A DNA stretch of 64,000 nt from Candidatus Hermodarchaeota archaeon (GCA_048885865.1 JBHLLF010000003.1:107477-171476), one strand, 5' to 3'; numbered from the stretch's first letter, positions 18,127 to 27,756 are shown. Notes: generated by a model not told the origin, from the letters alone. Numbers and translations: made by a program.

Positions 18127-21100
18127 TTAGCTCTTTCTCGCCTTTGTGATTACCGGACCAAGATAGTCGTGATATAAACGAAGATATGATTCATCACGGG
18201 ATACCAGAGCTAGAGGTGTGCCAGCCGTTTCGGATCCGCCAACCAAAACTTCCGATTTGTCAATAAGAGCCAAGGTTGTCGGTGCCTCTGTATGCCAAAT
18301 CCTCCAGCCTTCGAGGGAGCTCAATGCTGAATCCATCTCTTCGGTGTCAGGGACAACAAGAATCTTTCGACGAGGTCCTTTCGCTTTGGCTAGCTTCTTC
18401 AGGTCCAAACATTCAAGGTCCATTACGGAAAGCACAACTGACTTTTCAGCTCGGGAAACCATGTCAAGCATGTGTGCGCAAATCTCATCGTTACCAGTAA
18501 CATACCATGTGTTCTCGGTTGTGAGGGAAAGCAACTCCTCCCGCGCAATCTTGACAGCTTCAATTGTTTCGATAGATTGATTGGTCAGGTCAGATATGGC
18601 ACCTATAGTTTCATCAAGGCCTCCCTTGAGCGAGGTGATGTCTTTCTTCTGCTCGGCGCTCCATTGCCTCAGAATCTTGTCTACGTGCTCACTCAGGCCA
18701 TTGAATGCATCATTTCGAGTTTGGCGAAGATCTGAAAGGCCTTCATTTGCCTCATTCATTGCCTTTGCAGAGGAACCTGCAATCTCCGCATTCTTCACTG
18801 TTGTCTCATTTTGGGTACGCTCTGTGAGCCGTGCAGATTCACTGCCCACGTATGTCTTTAATTCAATACCCATGGATTCCAGCTTGCGAGATGCATATTG
18901 ATTGGAAAACACTGAACTCTGCTTCGCTTCCTCGAGGGCTTTGTCCAGGCCTTTGGCTGCTTGCGTCACCATTCCATCAATAAGTGTCTTGGAGGTACTT
19001 GTGATAGACTTGGATGATTCAGAGAAGTCTGTGAGCGCCGTGTCAATGGTGGCTTTGGTTTCGTTCCCTATCTTGGCTGTCTGCTCAATGGCGTTTGATG
19101 AGGATGAAGCGATAACATCATTCAATGTATTGGGCAGGTCAGATAGCGCCTCAGCCGCCTTTGTAAGAACATCCAAGCCATCATCACCAAACTGCACAGC
19201 GCTACCTTTGATGTCAGATTCTGTCTTCTTGAATAGGGCACGGCTCTTGGTTTCGACTTCCTTCAGATTCTTCTCCCCACGTTCTAGGACCTTTGCAGCA
19301 GTTGCATCTGCGGCTTTCTCCAACTTGCCTCCAAGTGTGGAAATCTCACCTTCAAGCTTGTTGGCAAGCTGCTCAAGGGAGGATGTTAGATTGGATGAGG
19401 AGGTTTCGATTGTTTCTGAGGCTCCAGTGAAGGCGAGAGCGACCTCATTTCTTCGATCCTCAATTGCTGCCAATGCTTCTTCCCTAATTGCCCTAGCTGA
19501 TTCCAGCCGAGAGGTTTCTTTCTCAGCGAGAGAGTTTTGGAATGCTTCAACATTGGAATTCGAAGCTTTTACAAGCTGAGATGCGAGATTATCCATCTTC
19601 TTACTGGTGTCTGCCAACAGAAGGTCTCCCGACTCTCTTTGTCTTGTTGTGTAGGCGTCTACTAGTTCAAGGAGTTTCCCTGTACTCTTTGCTATGCCGT
19701 CCTGAGTTGTTTCCTTGATGTTTGAAATACGCTCAGTGATGTTGTCTCGAGCACCAGTGACAGTTGCGCTGAACTCCCTCGAAACCTGATGTAGATTCTC
19801 CCCAAATTGATAGATTGTGCCAGTTTCTATTTCATTAAGCGCATCCTCTGTGCTCCTGACTGCATCCTCAATTCGGTTAAGCGTATCCGCCATAGACTCC
19901 GAGATTTCGGTTCGTTTGTTTGTAGATAACTCATCGAGGGCTTTCTTGATCGAGTCAGCGGCTCCTGCGAGCTCATCAATCCTCCCGCCCAACTGTGATG
20001 AGAAATCTTCTTGGAGTAGCATTGAGTCTTCTTGTAACGATGCCATTTCAGTTTTCAAAGCACCCTTGAACTCAGTATGTGCAGAAGAAATGAGGTCCCT
20101 CGCCTCAGATGTCTGGCTGGAGAGGAATCCATTGAATGTTGCCTCCAATCCTTTGATGAGGTTGGTGAATTGCTGTGCCAAATCTTCCAGGTGAACATGA
20201 AGCTCTTCCCGTATTCCCAATGCGTGCTGGTCAATACGCTCCACCTGGCCTGCCAGGGCTTTATCTATCTCTCTCTGCACTTTGTTGGCCTGACTTGTAA
20301 GAGTGCCTACACTTTGACCAAGCCGTTCATCAAGTTTCTCATTTAGATTCTCGTAGAGTGCTTTGGCATCTCGTATGTGAGAACGTGTGGTCGATACATA
20401 TCCCGCACCAAGCTCAGAAAGATGTGTTCCAATTTCGGCTTCAAAGTCATGAGTTGCCTTCTTTACTGAGGTTAGAGCGGATGCATTCTTTGTTGATGAT
20501 GTAGATATCACAGTGCTGAATGCGGATTTGAGTCTACTGTCAATGGAATCAACAAGAGTGTCCATTTCAGACACTTCTGTTTCCAGAATCTTGCTGATAT
20601 CGGTGATAATCCTTGTTAATTTGGCGTCTACATTCTTCGTTGTGCTTGCAGACCACTTATCGACGTTGGATCTAATTTCTAGGTTTGCAGAATCGAGGTT
20701 TTTCTCTTGTGAGTTCAGCTGCTTCTTCAGGAGATCCAATGTCGAAGTTCGGCAACTGTTTAGATGTGATTCAAACTGCGTGATGCCCTCTATAGACATC
20801 TCCTTCAGGGTTTGGTACTCATTCGCAAAATGAGCTTGTGTCTTCTCGAGATTCCCTCGCACGGCAGCCTTCACATTTTCTAAGTAATCATTCTCAGTGG
20901 CGCTAACTCTATCGAGTTGAAGTCGCAAAGACTGCATGGCAACATCGCCAAAGGTGGCTACTTCTTCCTTCCAAACCCCAATAGTCTCCTTTGCTGCTTC
21001 ACAAATTTCAAGAGCTGCTGCTATCCGAGTTCTAGCTGCTTCCGATTCTTCGGCGATGTCTGATCGACCCTTGGTAGTGATTCCTCGTAGCGTTTCCTCC

Positions 21101-22032
21101 GCCACAGAGAATGCTGCAGTAAGCTCTGAGTCCATGCCAGAGATCGTGTCGTCTAGTGCTTTTGTGGCTTCACCAATAGAAGTAATTGCATCATCTGATG
21201 ACGCGGTGGATTTTGCTAGAATCTCATCAGCTAATGCACTGACAGTCACATCCAGAGCAGCTCTTGAAATGCTCAATGCTTTGGAAACTGAATCACTCAA
21301 TGTCTGGGTTAGTGTAAGCACCTCTTTCTCGAGAGCCTTCATTGCGGTGGTGGTGGACTTACCTTCTGAGGTGAGCCATTTTTCGAAGCTCTTGGAGATG
21401 TCATTTGCGGTGATTCCGAGCTCCTTCTGGCTCTTGTCAAGCTCAAGCTGAAGGGCTGAGAGCCGAGTGCCTAATCCTTCGTCGAGAGAAAGGCCGAATG
21501 TTTTCATTGTTTCCTCAATACTCTTTGTGAACGCTGAGAGTGCTTCAGTAGCAATTGACGTGATTATGTCCACCTGTGACTGAACAGCTGCAACCATATC
21601 AGTTTCATATGTTTGAAATGCAACTTTGCCGTCATTCATGGTGTTTTTGTGCAGGTCAGAAACCGCGTTGACAGATTCGTCAATTCCTCTGAGATGGCCG
21701 TCAAACATCTTCTGGATATCTTCCAAGTTGATCTGTAAATCATCTCGCACTGAAGACAATGACCCCTCTAGTGAGAAGATAGTTGGTGATAGGCGGAAAA
21801 TTGGCACCACGCCTTCAATTCGCGTCACCAGTCCTTTCTTTTCCAATCGGGCCAATGCGCTCTCAACCTTTTTGAGAGGCTCTCCCGAAGCTACAGAAAC
21901 CCCGCCAGCTGTCATGTTGCCACCGGCAAACACAGGGAGGATTGCCTTAGCTTCAATATTCGTTATTCCCAAACTTCTCTTTAATACTGGAATGCTTTCT
22001 GCTACTACATTTCCACTCAAGATGAATCCCAC
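18127..22032 (-). CDS. 1301-aa protein: N-terminal TrmB-type wHTH, about 1100 aa helical rod, C-terminal TrmB effector/PLD-like domain
   Basis: N-term 'LGITNIEAKA...ALARLEKKGLV..IEG.VPIF'; C-term 'TWYVTGNDEI..HMLDMVSRAEKSVVL'; Pro-poor amphipathic middle. Confidence 0.7.
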   Translation of the reverse strand: MGFILSGNVVAESIPVLKRSLGITNIEAKAILPVFAGGNMTAGGVSVASGEPLKKVESALARLEKKGLVTRIEGVVPIFRLSPTIFSLEGSLSSVRDDLQINLEDIQKMFDGHLRGIDESVNAVSDLHKNTMNDGKVAFQTYETDMVAAVQSQVDIITSIATEALSAFTKSIEETMKTFGLSLDEGLGTRLSALQLELDKSQKELGITANDISKSFEKWLTSEGKSTTTAMKALEKEVLTLTQTLSDSVSKALSISRAALDVTVSALADEILAKSTASSDDAITSIGEATKALDDTISGMDSELTAAFSVAEETLRGITTKGRSDIAEESEAARTRIAAALEICEAAKETIGVWKEEVATFGDVAMQSLRLQLDRVSATENDYLENVKAAVRGNLEKTQAHFANEYQTLKEMSIEGITQFESHLNSCRTSTLDLLKKQLNSQEKNLDSANLEIRSNVDKWSASTTKNVDAKLTRIITDISKILETEVSEMDTLVDSIDSRLKSAFSTVISTSSTKNASALTSVKKATHDFEAEIGTHLSELGAGYVSTTRSHIRDAKALYENLNEKLDERLGQSVGTLTSQANKVQREIDKALAGQVERIDQHALGIREELHVHLEDLAQQFTNLIKGLEATFNGFLSSQTSEARDLISSAHTEFKGALKTEMASLQEDSMLLQEDFSSQLGGRIDELAGAADSIKKALDELSTNKRTEISESMADTLNRIEDAVRSTEDALNEIETGTIYQFGENLHQVSREFSATVTGARDNITERISNIKETTQDGIAKSTGKLLELVDAYTTRQRESGDLLLADTSKKMDNLASQLVKASNSNVEAFQNSLAEKETSRLESARAIREEALAAIEDRRNEVALAFTGASETIETSSSNLTSSLEQLANKLEGEISTLGGKLEKAADATAAKVLERGEKNLKEVETKSRALFKKTESDIKGSAVQFGDDGLDVLTKAAEALSDLPNTLNDVIASSSSNAIEQTAKIGNETKATIDTALTDFSESSKSITSTSKTLIDGMVTQAAKGLDKALEEAKQSSVFSNQYASRKLESMGIELKTYVGSESARLTERTQNETTVKNAEIAGSSAKAMNEANEGLSDLRQTRNDAFNGLSEHVDKILRQWSAEQKKDITSLKGGLDETIGAISDLTNQSIETIEAVKIAREELLSLTTENTWYVTGNDEICAHMLDMVSRAEKSVVLSVMDLECLDLKKLAKAKGPRRKILVVPDTEEMDSALSSLEGWRIWHTEAPTTLALIDKSEVLVGGSETAGTPLALVSRDESYLRLYHDYLGPVITKARKS

Positions 22033-22065
22033 CGCTAGTGATTCAAGAAGTAGTCCCGATTTGGA

Positions 22066-22893
22066 CTACTCTGACTTCTTACGTCGTTTGGATTTGGAAA
22101 CTCCTTCAAACAGAGAAATCAAATCCTGTACCTCAAATGGAGAATTGCCTCCATTCGAAATGATCTCAGCCTCAATGTGCCCAGAACCGTCAGCCATGTC
22201 AATATGCAGATCTTCATATTTTTGGAGGGTATTTTCCTCTAGCAGAGACCCCTCTTTCAGGGGCTTCACACCATCAAGTTCGATAGTTAGAAGCCACCAG
22301 TTGGTTGCCAAATCTGATACAGATGCATTGATGCCATAATGCTTTGATAATAGCTCCACATACATCCTGAAGACCTGGAAGGTATTAACCTCATGATGAC
22401 GAGGATTCACTATGACAATGCCCCTTGCAAAATCAAAATGGAATATCAAATCATCTCCTGCAACAAGCATGATATTATCCTCTTGGACATCGGAGGTGGT
22501 TTTCCAGATTTTCTTGAATCGAGAAGCAAAATGCTTGATTGAACTGACTCTCAGAGTCGAAAGAAAGTCTTTCGTCTGAAGACGCCTATCTACCATGCCT
22601 CTTCCTTTCCTCTCAAGAATGAAACGCTTTAGCTGTTCAAGGTATTGACTGTAGCAGAAGCTCGGCAGGTCCTCAGGTTCGACACCTATCTCTATCAGCA
22701 TGTTGAGAAAATTGCGGTTATCGCAGGCCGGTCTTACGGTGCAACCTAGGCGGTCCTCCTGACATTCGCGACATCGCTCCTCATAAAGCTCTATGAACTC
22801 CTTGGCCAATTGACTATCTGCAGGGAGGTCTAAAAGCTCCATTCGCATCGCAAGTTCATTAGCATGCTTCTTTAGTTTCATTAATCGATTCAA
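22066..22893 (-). CDS. Hypothetical protein with an N-terminal Cys cluster
   Basis: CRECQEDRLGCTVRPAC...FCYSQY; co-oriented with its neighbours. Confidence 0.7.
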   Translation of the reverse strand: MNRLMKLKKHANELAMRMELLDLPADSQLAKEFIELYEERCRECQEDRLGCTVRPACDNRNFLNMLIEIGVEPEDLPSFCYSQYLEQLKRFILERKGRGMVDRRLQTKDFLSTLRVSSIKHFASRFKKIWKTTSDVQEDNIMLVAGDDLIFHFDFARGIVIVNPRHHEVNTFQVFRMYVELLSKHYGINASVSDLATNWWLLTIELDGVKPLKEGSLLEENTLQKYEDLHIDMADGSGHIEAEIISNGGNSPFEVQDLISLFEGVSKSKRRKKSE

Positions 22894-23069
22894 CTCTGAT
22901 TATGGTTCAGACTTTGGAGTGACCTGAGGTAATCTGCATGATCTCGATCAGTTCATATGCAGCACATAAGGCTCCAGATGCGAATGCGCATTTCAGTTTG
23001 ATAAGTTTATGGCAGGTGACATGCTTCTCAATCGACCTCTGATTTGTATTTCCGATAATTGAGAGAAGC

Positions 23070-23990
23070 TTAGCTTGTCTTCGCCATCTCTTTAAGCTTG
23101 GTAGCCCAATTGCGAATCTCCGTGTTCAGATTTGCTATGTCATTCTCATTGAGAGTAGCAGTAGGTGGATATGACTTGAGTTCTCTTGCCTTCTTGCCAA
23201 ACTGGAAGAGAACGGGAGTATGTCCAGAGATCATTGTGGTCAGCTTATCACGAGTTTCTTCCAAAACACGAGCCATCTCGCGAGCCTCTGTTTGAGGAGT
23301 CACTTCTTTCAGAAGCCCCTTCATGATCTCGTCAATGGTAGACATACTGACCTTCTTTGGGGTAGGCTCCTTTTCCTCCTTTTCTTCCTTTTCCTCCTCA
23401 GCTTTCTCCTTGACCGTCTTTTTAGTTGGCCTCTTCGCTGATTTCTCAGCAGGTTCGCCTGATTCAGATGCAGGAAGACTAGTCAGTGTTTCCAGCGCTT
23501 CTTCAATTCTGTCAATAGCTTGGTTATACTTGCGCTCTATGTCATCAAGCTGGCGGACAATTATACCAACTATCTCTTTCGTTTCCGTGAGGGATCCTGA
23601 TACTTCCTGAACTGTGTCCTCAAGGCCGGAAAGGCCAGCAACATATTGTTGCAACTCATCAATCTTCTTAGTGATAACTTCACCCTCAAGAGAACCAGCC
23701 ATCTCTTCAATCTTCTTTACAACGTCGTCAGCTGTGCTCGAATTGCTCACTTCATTACTAAGATCCGATAATCCAACGAGGATATCATCCATCTTCTTGA
23801 AGAGAACTTCCATCTCCTTCGAGTCACGAACTTCAACTAAGTCGGAAGACATTGTATCAATTTTCTTGTCTATACCCTTCACTGAAGATAATTCCGCTAA
23901 TTCGTTCTTGACAGAAGCGAGCTCATCTGTGACCTTGTCGATTTTCTTTTCAATGGATTCAAGAGCTGCTTCGGACTTGTCGTCAGGCAT
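23070..23990 (-). CDS. Coiled-coil protein with a charged linker and small C-terminal domain
   Basis: Heptad-like 'KKID/KKMD/KKIE' repeats; EK-rich linker. Confidence 0.72.
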   Translation of the reverse strand: MPDDKSEAALESIEKKIDKVTDELASVKNELAELSSVKGIDKKIDTMSSDLVEVRDSKEMEVLFKKMDDILVGLSDLSNEVSNSSTADDVVKKIEEMAGSLEGEVITKKIDELQQYVAGLSGLEDTVQEVSGSLTETKEIVGIIVRQLDDIERKYNQAIDRIEEALETLTSLPASESGEPAEKSAKRPTKKTVKEKAEEEKEEKEEKEPTPKKVSMSTIDEIMKGLLKEVTPQTEAREMARVLEETRDKLTTMISGHTPVLFQFGKKARELKSYPPTATLNENDIANLNTEIRNWATKLKEMAKTS

Positions 23991-24084
23991 GAAAATACCC
24001 CAACCTATGTAGCCGCTGTGTGGAGGATAGCCGCTGCATATTTAGATTTTCGTACTGCATTTGAGACTGTGTAATAACAGTCGA

Positions 24085-24909
24085 CTATAGTTTACTTGCC
24101 CGGACGACGGGAATGCCGAGGTCCTTCAGAATCGGAAATAGCACAGCTTTGTTCTCAGCATTAGTTCCTTTCCAGTCAATAATCGCTTGTGTTATTTCTT
24201 GAGCGCTCCGCTTCAACATCTGAGAGACAACACCCTGTGTAATCTGGTTCAATGCGTACTTTGGAGCCATATGTCCTATTGTGACATCTTTCTCAAGCAC
24301 AAGTTTGTTGAATTTGCTGGCATAATGTGTCCCGCCGAAGCCAATTGAGGCGCCACCAGTCATAGGTTCTTTGACGCAGTCCATCACTGCTGCGGCAACT
24401 GCCTGGGCTCCTTCCTCATGACTCCAATACTTCTCATCACTGCCAAGCTCCACAAAAAGAAGAGGAGTATTCATTGATGTGGGACCATGATGTGTGACCT
24501 CCAATGTTACATCAAACTCAGCTAGATTCCGTTCGATCTTCTGCTGGTTGAGACTCTTGAGTGCAATAGAAACAAGGGATGGAGCAGAGACTGATAGCTG
24601 TCTAGGTCTTCCCCCAAAGTCCGCTTGCGGACCAAAATTCCCTGTACTATGAACGAGAAGAGCAGGTTTCCCTGATGCCGCTCGATGTCGAGAACAATAG
24701 ATGAACACCTCAGCTTGAAAATGGTCCTCTAGGTAGCCTGAATGAATCATGTCTTGATTTATTGTGATGAGTAGCGCATCATCCAGCCTGTAGACCGGAT
24801 TACCCTCAAACAGTTCACCCGTCCTTTCGAATTCATACTCATCGCGAAGGGCTTTGGCAATCGTCTGGCTTGCTATATCTTCAGTGGAACACACCAAGAC
24901 TCTCATCAA
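24085..24909 (-). CDS. dtdA: Archaeal D-aminoacyl-tRNA deacylase
   Basis: 'SRHRAASG.PAL.VHSTGN', 'LEVTHHGPT', 'FVELGS', 'GFGGTHY'. Confidence 0.9.
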   Translation of the reverse strand: MMRVLVCSTEDIASQTIAKALRDEYEFERTGELFEGNPVYRLDDALLITINQDMIHSGYLEDHFQAEVFIYCSRHRAASGKPALLVHSTGNFGPQADFGGRPRQLSVSAPSLVSIALKSLNQQKIERNLAEFDVTLEVTHHGPTSMNTPLLFVELGSDEKYWSHEEGAQAVAAAVMDCVKEPMTGGASIGFGGTHYASKFNKLVLEKDVTIGHMAPKYALNQITQGVVSQMLKRSAQEITQAIIDWKGTNAENKAVLFPILKDLGIPVVRASKL

Positions 24910-24921
24910 ATCACCAGAAGC

Positions 24922-26157
24922 CTATGCAATATTGGTCTTTTCGAGAAGGGGCTCAAGAGAGATCTCCATCTGAAGCTTTACCTTTTCATCAAAGGACTCT
25001 AGAATCTCGGATTCAATCCTCACCTTGAAGTCCTTTGCACGATCAATCTCACGAGTAATATCATCCCTGATTCTTAGCATGTCACTTCGATGATACTCCA
25101 AGTTCCTTTCAGCTTCATTCAATTCCTCTTGCAGTTTTGCACTCTTCGCATATATGTCAGAATCAGCAAAAGCATGACGCTTCTCTTCAAGTTCCTTTGC
25201 TTTCTCCTGAAGCTCACCCAGAGATCCGCTGCTGATGGCTTGGACCTCTTCAATAGCCCTTCTTGCCAGCCGGTCCTTCATAGGTAGCTTGCCATTCTCA
25301 ATTGCCTGTCTCAAACCGGCTAATCCCTCCAACAATCCAGGATAGCCGATTGGCTCTTCCACGATGGCATCATAGGGATTCTCGAAGTATTCGTTCAGCG
25401 CCTTCTGCCCTGTCGCACCAACTCGTACTCCTGTATCATGTTGAAAGAACTTCTTCACCTGCTTCTTGAGGGGATTCAGTTTCATTCTCAAGAGACTCGC
25501 AATATGGTCTGCTTCGGAGTCGATGTTCAGCAAATCCGCTACATTTGAAGTTTCAGTGAATTCCTCATACTTTTTCTTTGCTGATTCATATTCAGTCAGT
25601 GCTGTTTCAATCTTTGCTCGAGTCGTACGAATTTGCTCTTCATATACCTCTTTACTAAAGCCAAGATCTTGAAGAGTCTGGATTCTACCACCTATGCGCT
25701 CTAAATCCTTCAGCCAGCTGAACTCGTAAAGGAGCTTCTGTATCTTGTTCATCTCAGACATGAGTTCTTTCATGCTGACATCCAGCTGCTTGATAGTACT
25801 CTTGTGCTTCTTGTCCATCCGTCTAATCCAACGAGCGCCAGCACCCCAGAGTTCTTGGATGAAGCTTCGAATCCCTTCTTGAAGCGACTCAGTGCTTTCG
25901 TACGTTATTTCCTTACCAACGTAGAAATCATTTGTAATGTCTTCAACCTTCATTGCGAATCTCGTAGCAATTCCTATGGAATCAGGGTCATCATCTTCAC
26001 CTGGTTCCTTAAGATTCCGCGACATCACCTGAATGTCTTTGAGAGCTCTCTCGACAATCCTGTAGCTCTTTTCAGCCTTCTTTGTAAAATCCTTGGACAT
26101 CTTGCTTAGACGATTGCGATACCACTTCTGAAGCTGCTCGATTGTTAGAGTCGTCAT
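24922..26157 (-). CDS. Coiled-coil-rich hypothetical protein
   Basis: 411-aa charged helical ORF with GGTGG RBS; 12 nt from dtdA. Confidence 0.72.
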   Translation of the reverse strand: MTTLTIEQLQKWYRNRLSKMSKDFTKKAEKSYRIVERALKDIQVMSRNLKEPGEDDDPDSIGIATRFAMKVEDITNDFYVGKEITYESTESLQEGIRSFIQELWGAGARWIRRMDKKHKSTIKQLDVSMKELMSEMNKIQKLLYEFSWLKDLERIGGRIQTLQDLGFSKEVYEEQIRTTRAKIETALTEYESAKKKYEEFTETSNVADLLNIDSEADHIASLLRMKLNPLKKQVKKFFQHDTGVRVGATGQKALNEYFENPYDAIVEEPIGYPGLLEGLAGLRQAIENGKLPMKDRLARRAIEEVQAISSGSLGELQEKAKELEEKRHAFADSDIYAKSAKLQEELNEAERNLEYHRSDMLRIRDDITREIDRAKDFKVRIESEILESFDEKVKLQMEISLEPLLEKTNIA

Positions 26158-26299
26158 TGAAAGCCCACCTGAGATTCGAAAGGGTTTTCCGAGTGCACTT
26201 TATCAACTTTGTGACCCGAGCGTAGCTGCACAACTTGTGTATGGTAGAGCTTTTAACTCTAGGAAACTCGGAGAAACTAGCATAGGAACGTGGTCGGTC

Positions 26300-27103
26300 A
26301 TGTCCGAGATCTTTGAAACCGGTAACCGACGTCCAAGGCTCGACATCAATTATGCTGTTGAATGTGCGTCATGAGGCGTAGGTCGCATCGGTTTCTACAT
26401 CAGACGCCTCGGACTGATAGATCCCACCGGAAAGGAACGACTACTGCTCAAGAATCCTGCTGACTATAAAGGCGGAATCTGGGCGTCTTATGTCGCAGAT
26501 GGGACTGTAGCTGTCGTCGAGTCGACAGAAGCTGACACCATCGCTGTCGTGGAGCGAAAGCAGAAGAAAGGTAGCCTAAGTCTAGTGATGAGCCATACAC
26601 CTCAAGAATTCGAGGAACCTGTGGTCAACTTCACACTTGATTTATGGAGCTACAATAAACCTGTCTTGCTACTTCGGCATACGACAACAAACGTCAGTTC
26701 CAGCATGGTCCAAGACCTCAAGGTCTACAGCATCTTCGACTTCGATATAGGAGGTCCAATGAGCTACAAAGACGACATGGGCACCTATGACGAAAAGAAC
26801 GGAATCGTCATTGCCTATGATGAAAGCCAGGTTTCTGTAGCCATTTCCTCACAGCCGAGTCCCGATGGCTGGGAGATATCATCTCCACTGAAGCTCAAGG
26901 TAGAATCAGATAAGCGCGACCTAAGGAACAATCCCGAAGCGGGACCGAAGGACATTGCCACCGGTCTGCAGTGCAACCTAGGCGATTTAAAGCCGGGTGA
27001 TAGCAGTTCGGTGGATCTTGTCCTCGCCTCCGCGCACGGTCTTGACGAGGTTCGAAGCCTCATCGATATGTCATGGGGCTTCTTCAACAAGAAAATCCGA
27101 TGA
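26300..27103 (+). CDS. Candidate novel selenoprotein (267 aa, Sec25 in CxxU)
   Basis: ATG 26300 gives MSEIFETGNRRPRLDINYAVECAS[TGA 26372-74]GVGRIGFYIRRLG..., running without another stop into ORF 26549..27103; SECIS-like hairpin at the 3' end. Confidence 0.82.
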
Positions 27104-27145
27104 TATCTACACCTAAAGCAATGCGGTGTCGATGGAGGCCGGGTT
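27094..27145 (+). promoter_or_regulatory. Eukaryote-type SECIS element overlapping the stop codon
   Basis: Helix I AATCCG/CGGGTT; core A-UGAU/GGAG (tandem G.A); helix II ATC.ACACC/GGTGT.GAT; apical AAA plus GC-aat-GC mini-stem; spacing ATGA-N11-AA-N18-GA. Confidence 0.8.
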
Positions 27146-27166
27146 GCAGCCCGCGGCAAGCAGTGG

Positions 27167-27215
27167 AAAAAAAGAGAATGAGAGGGGATTACTCTCGAAA
27201 GTGATCCCGCCTCTC
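27167..27215 (-). terminator. Hairpin plus T-run terminating the minus-strand wHTH gene
   Basis: GAGAGGGGATTAC...GTGATCCCGCCTCTC stem next to AAAAAAA on the plus strand. Confidence 0.5.
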
Positions 27216-27606
27216 ACTTGTAATACTGTTCTTCGAGGAAGTTAGCCAACATTACAGCAGTTGCTGTAAGCTTTGCCAGCTGTCCTCTGTTTTCCATATC
27301 ACCGCCAGATAGCAAACCCAAGTCCATTAAGGATCGCAGATTCCATTTCACAGTGCTATAGGCAACTGAAGTCCTGCGAGATACCTGGTCTGCTAATGCC
27401 GTCACTGTCAGATCATTATGCCTTAACAGCTGGGCACTCACTCTCAGAACGTATTTCTGAGTCTCACTCATTCTCATATCTGCTAGAGACAAGAATGACG
27501 CAGCGAGGCTCTCAAAAGAAGGCTTGGCGAAAGGTTCGTGACTCTCTTGGAATACCTGGTTGGCACTAGAGAATACATTCACCTCTTTGGCGAATTTGGC
27601 ACTCAC
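27214..27606 (-). CDS. Winged-helix DNA-binding protein
   Basis: 'TVTALADQVSRRTSVAYSTVKWNLRSLMDLGLL'. Confidence 0.7.
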   Translation of the reverse strand: MSAKFAKEVNVFSSANQVFQESHEPFAKPSFESLAASFLSLADMRMSETQKYVLRVSAQLLRHNDLTVTALADQVSRRTSVAYSTVKWNLRSLMDLGLLSGGDMENRGQLAKLTATAVMLANFLEEQYYK

Positions 27607-27756
27607 CTCTAGCCTGTACGACCCGACATCGATGGGCGGCGGTTGCTGTTTCTACACCCATTTCGCTTTTCACCTCTTTTTGGGGGTCAAAATCAGCCTC
27701 AAGTCAATTGCACTTAAGCATTTGCAGTAACGCGATTTTGAGTAATGAAGTGAAGT

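Noticed and set aside
18127-22032. SMC/Rad50 or methyl-accepting chemotaxis protein call
   Set aside because: No Walker A/B, signature motif, hinge or MCP hairpin motif.
18218-22339. Many Ser-rich plus-strand ORFs opposite the 1301-aa gene, and similar antisense ORFs across the window
   Set aside because: Shadow frames of real genes; no motifs or RBS.
26549-27103. 184-aa ORF starting at GTG 26549, or a nonsense pseudogene reading
   Set aside because: The upstream frame is open and coding-like, the only stop falls in CxxU, and a SECIS is present. Recoding explains this better, though a pseudogene is not formally excluded.
27101-27181. Second Sec by read-through of the terminal TGA
   Set aside because: The ~25-codon extension is just the SECIS stem and an A-run, with no redox motif. 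A UGA inside the SECIS core is unlikely to be recoded.
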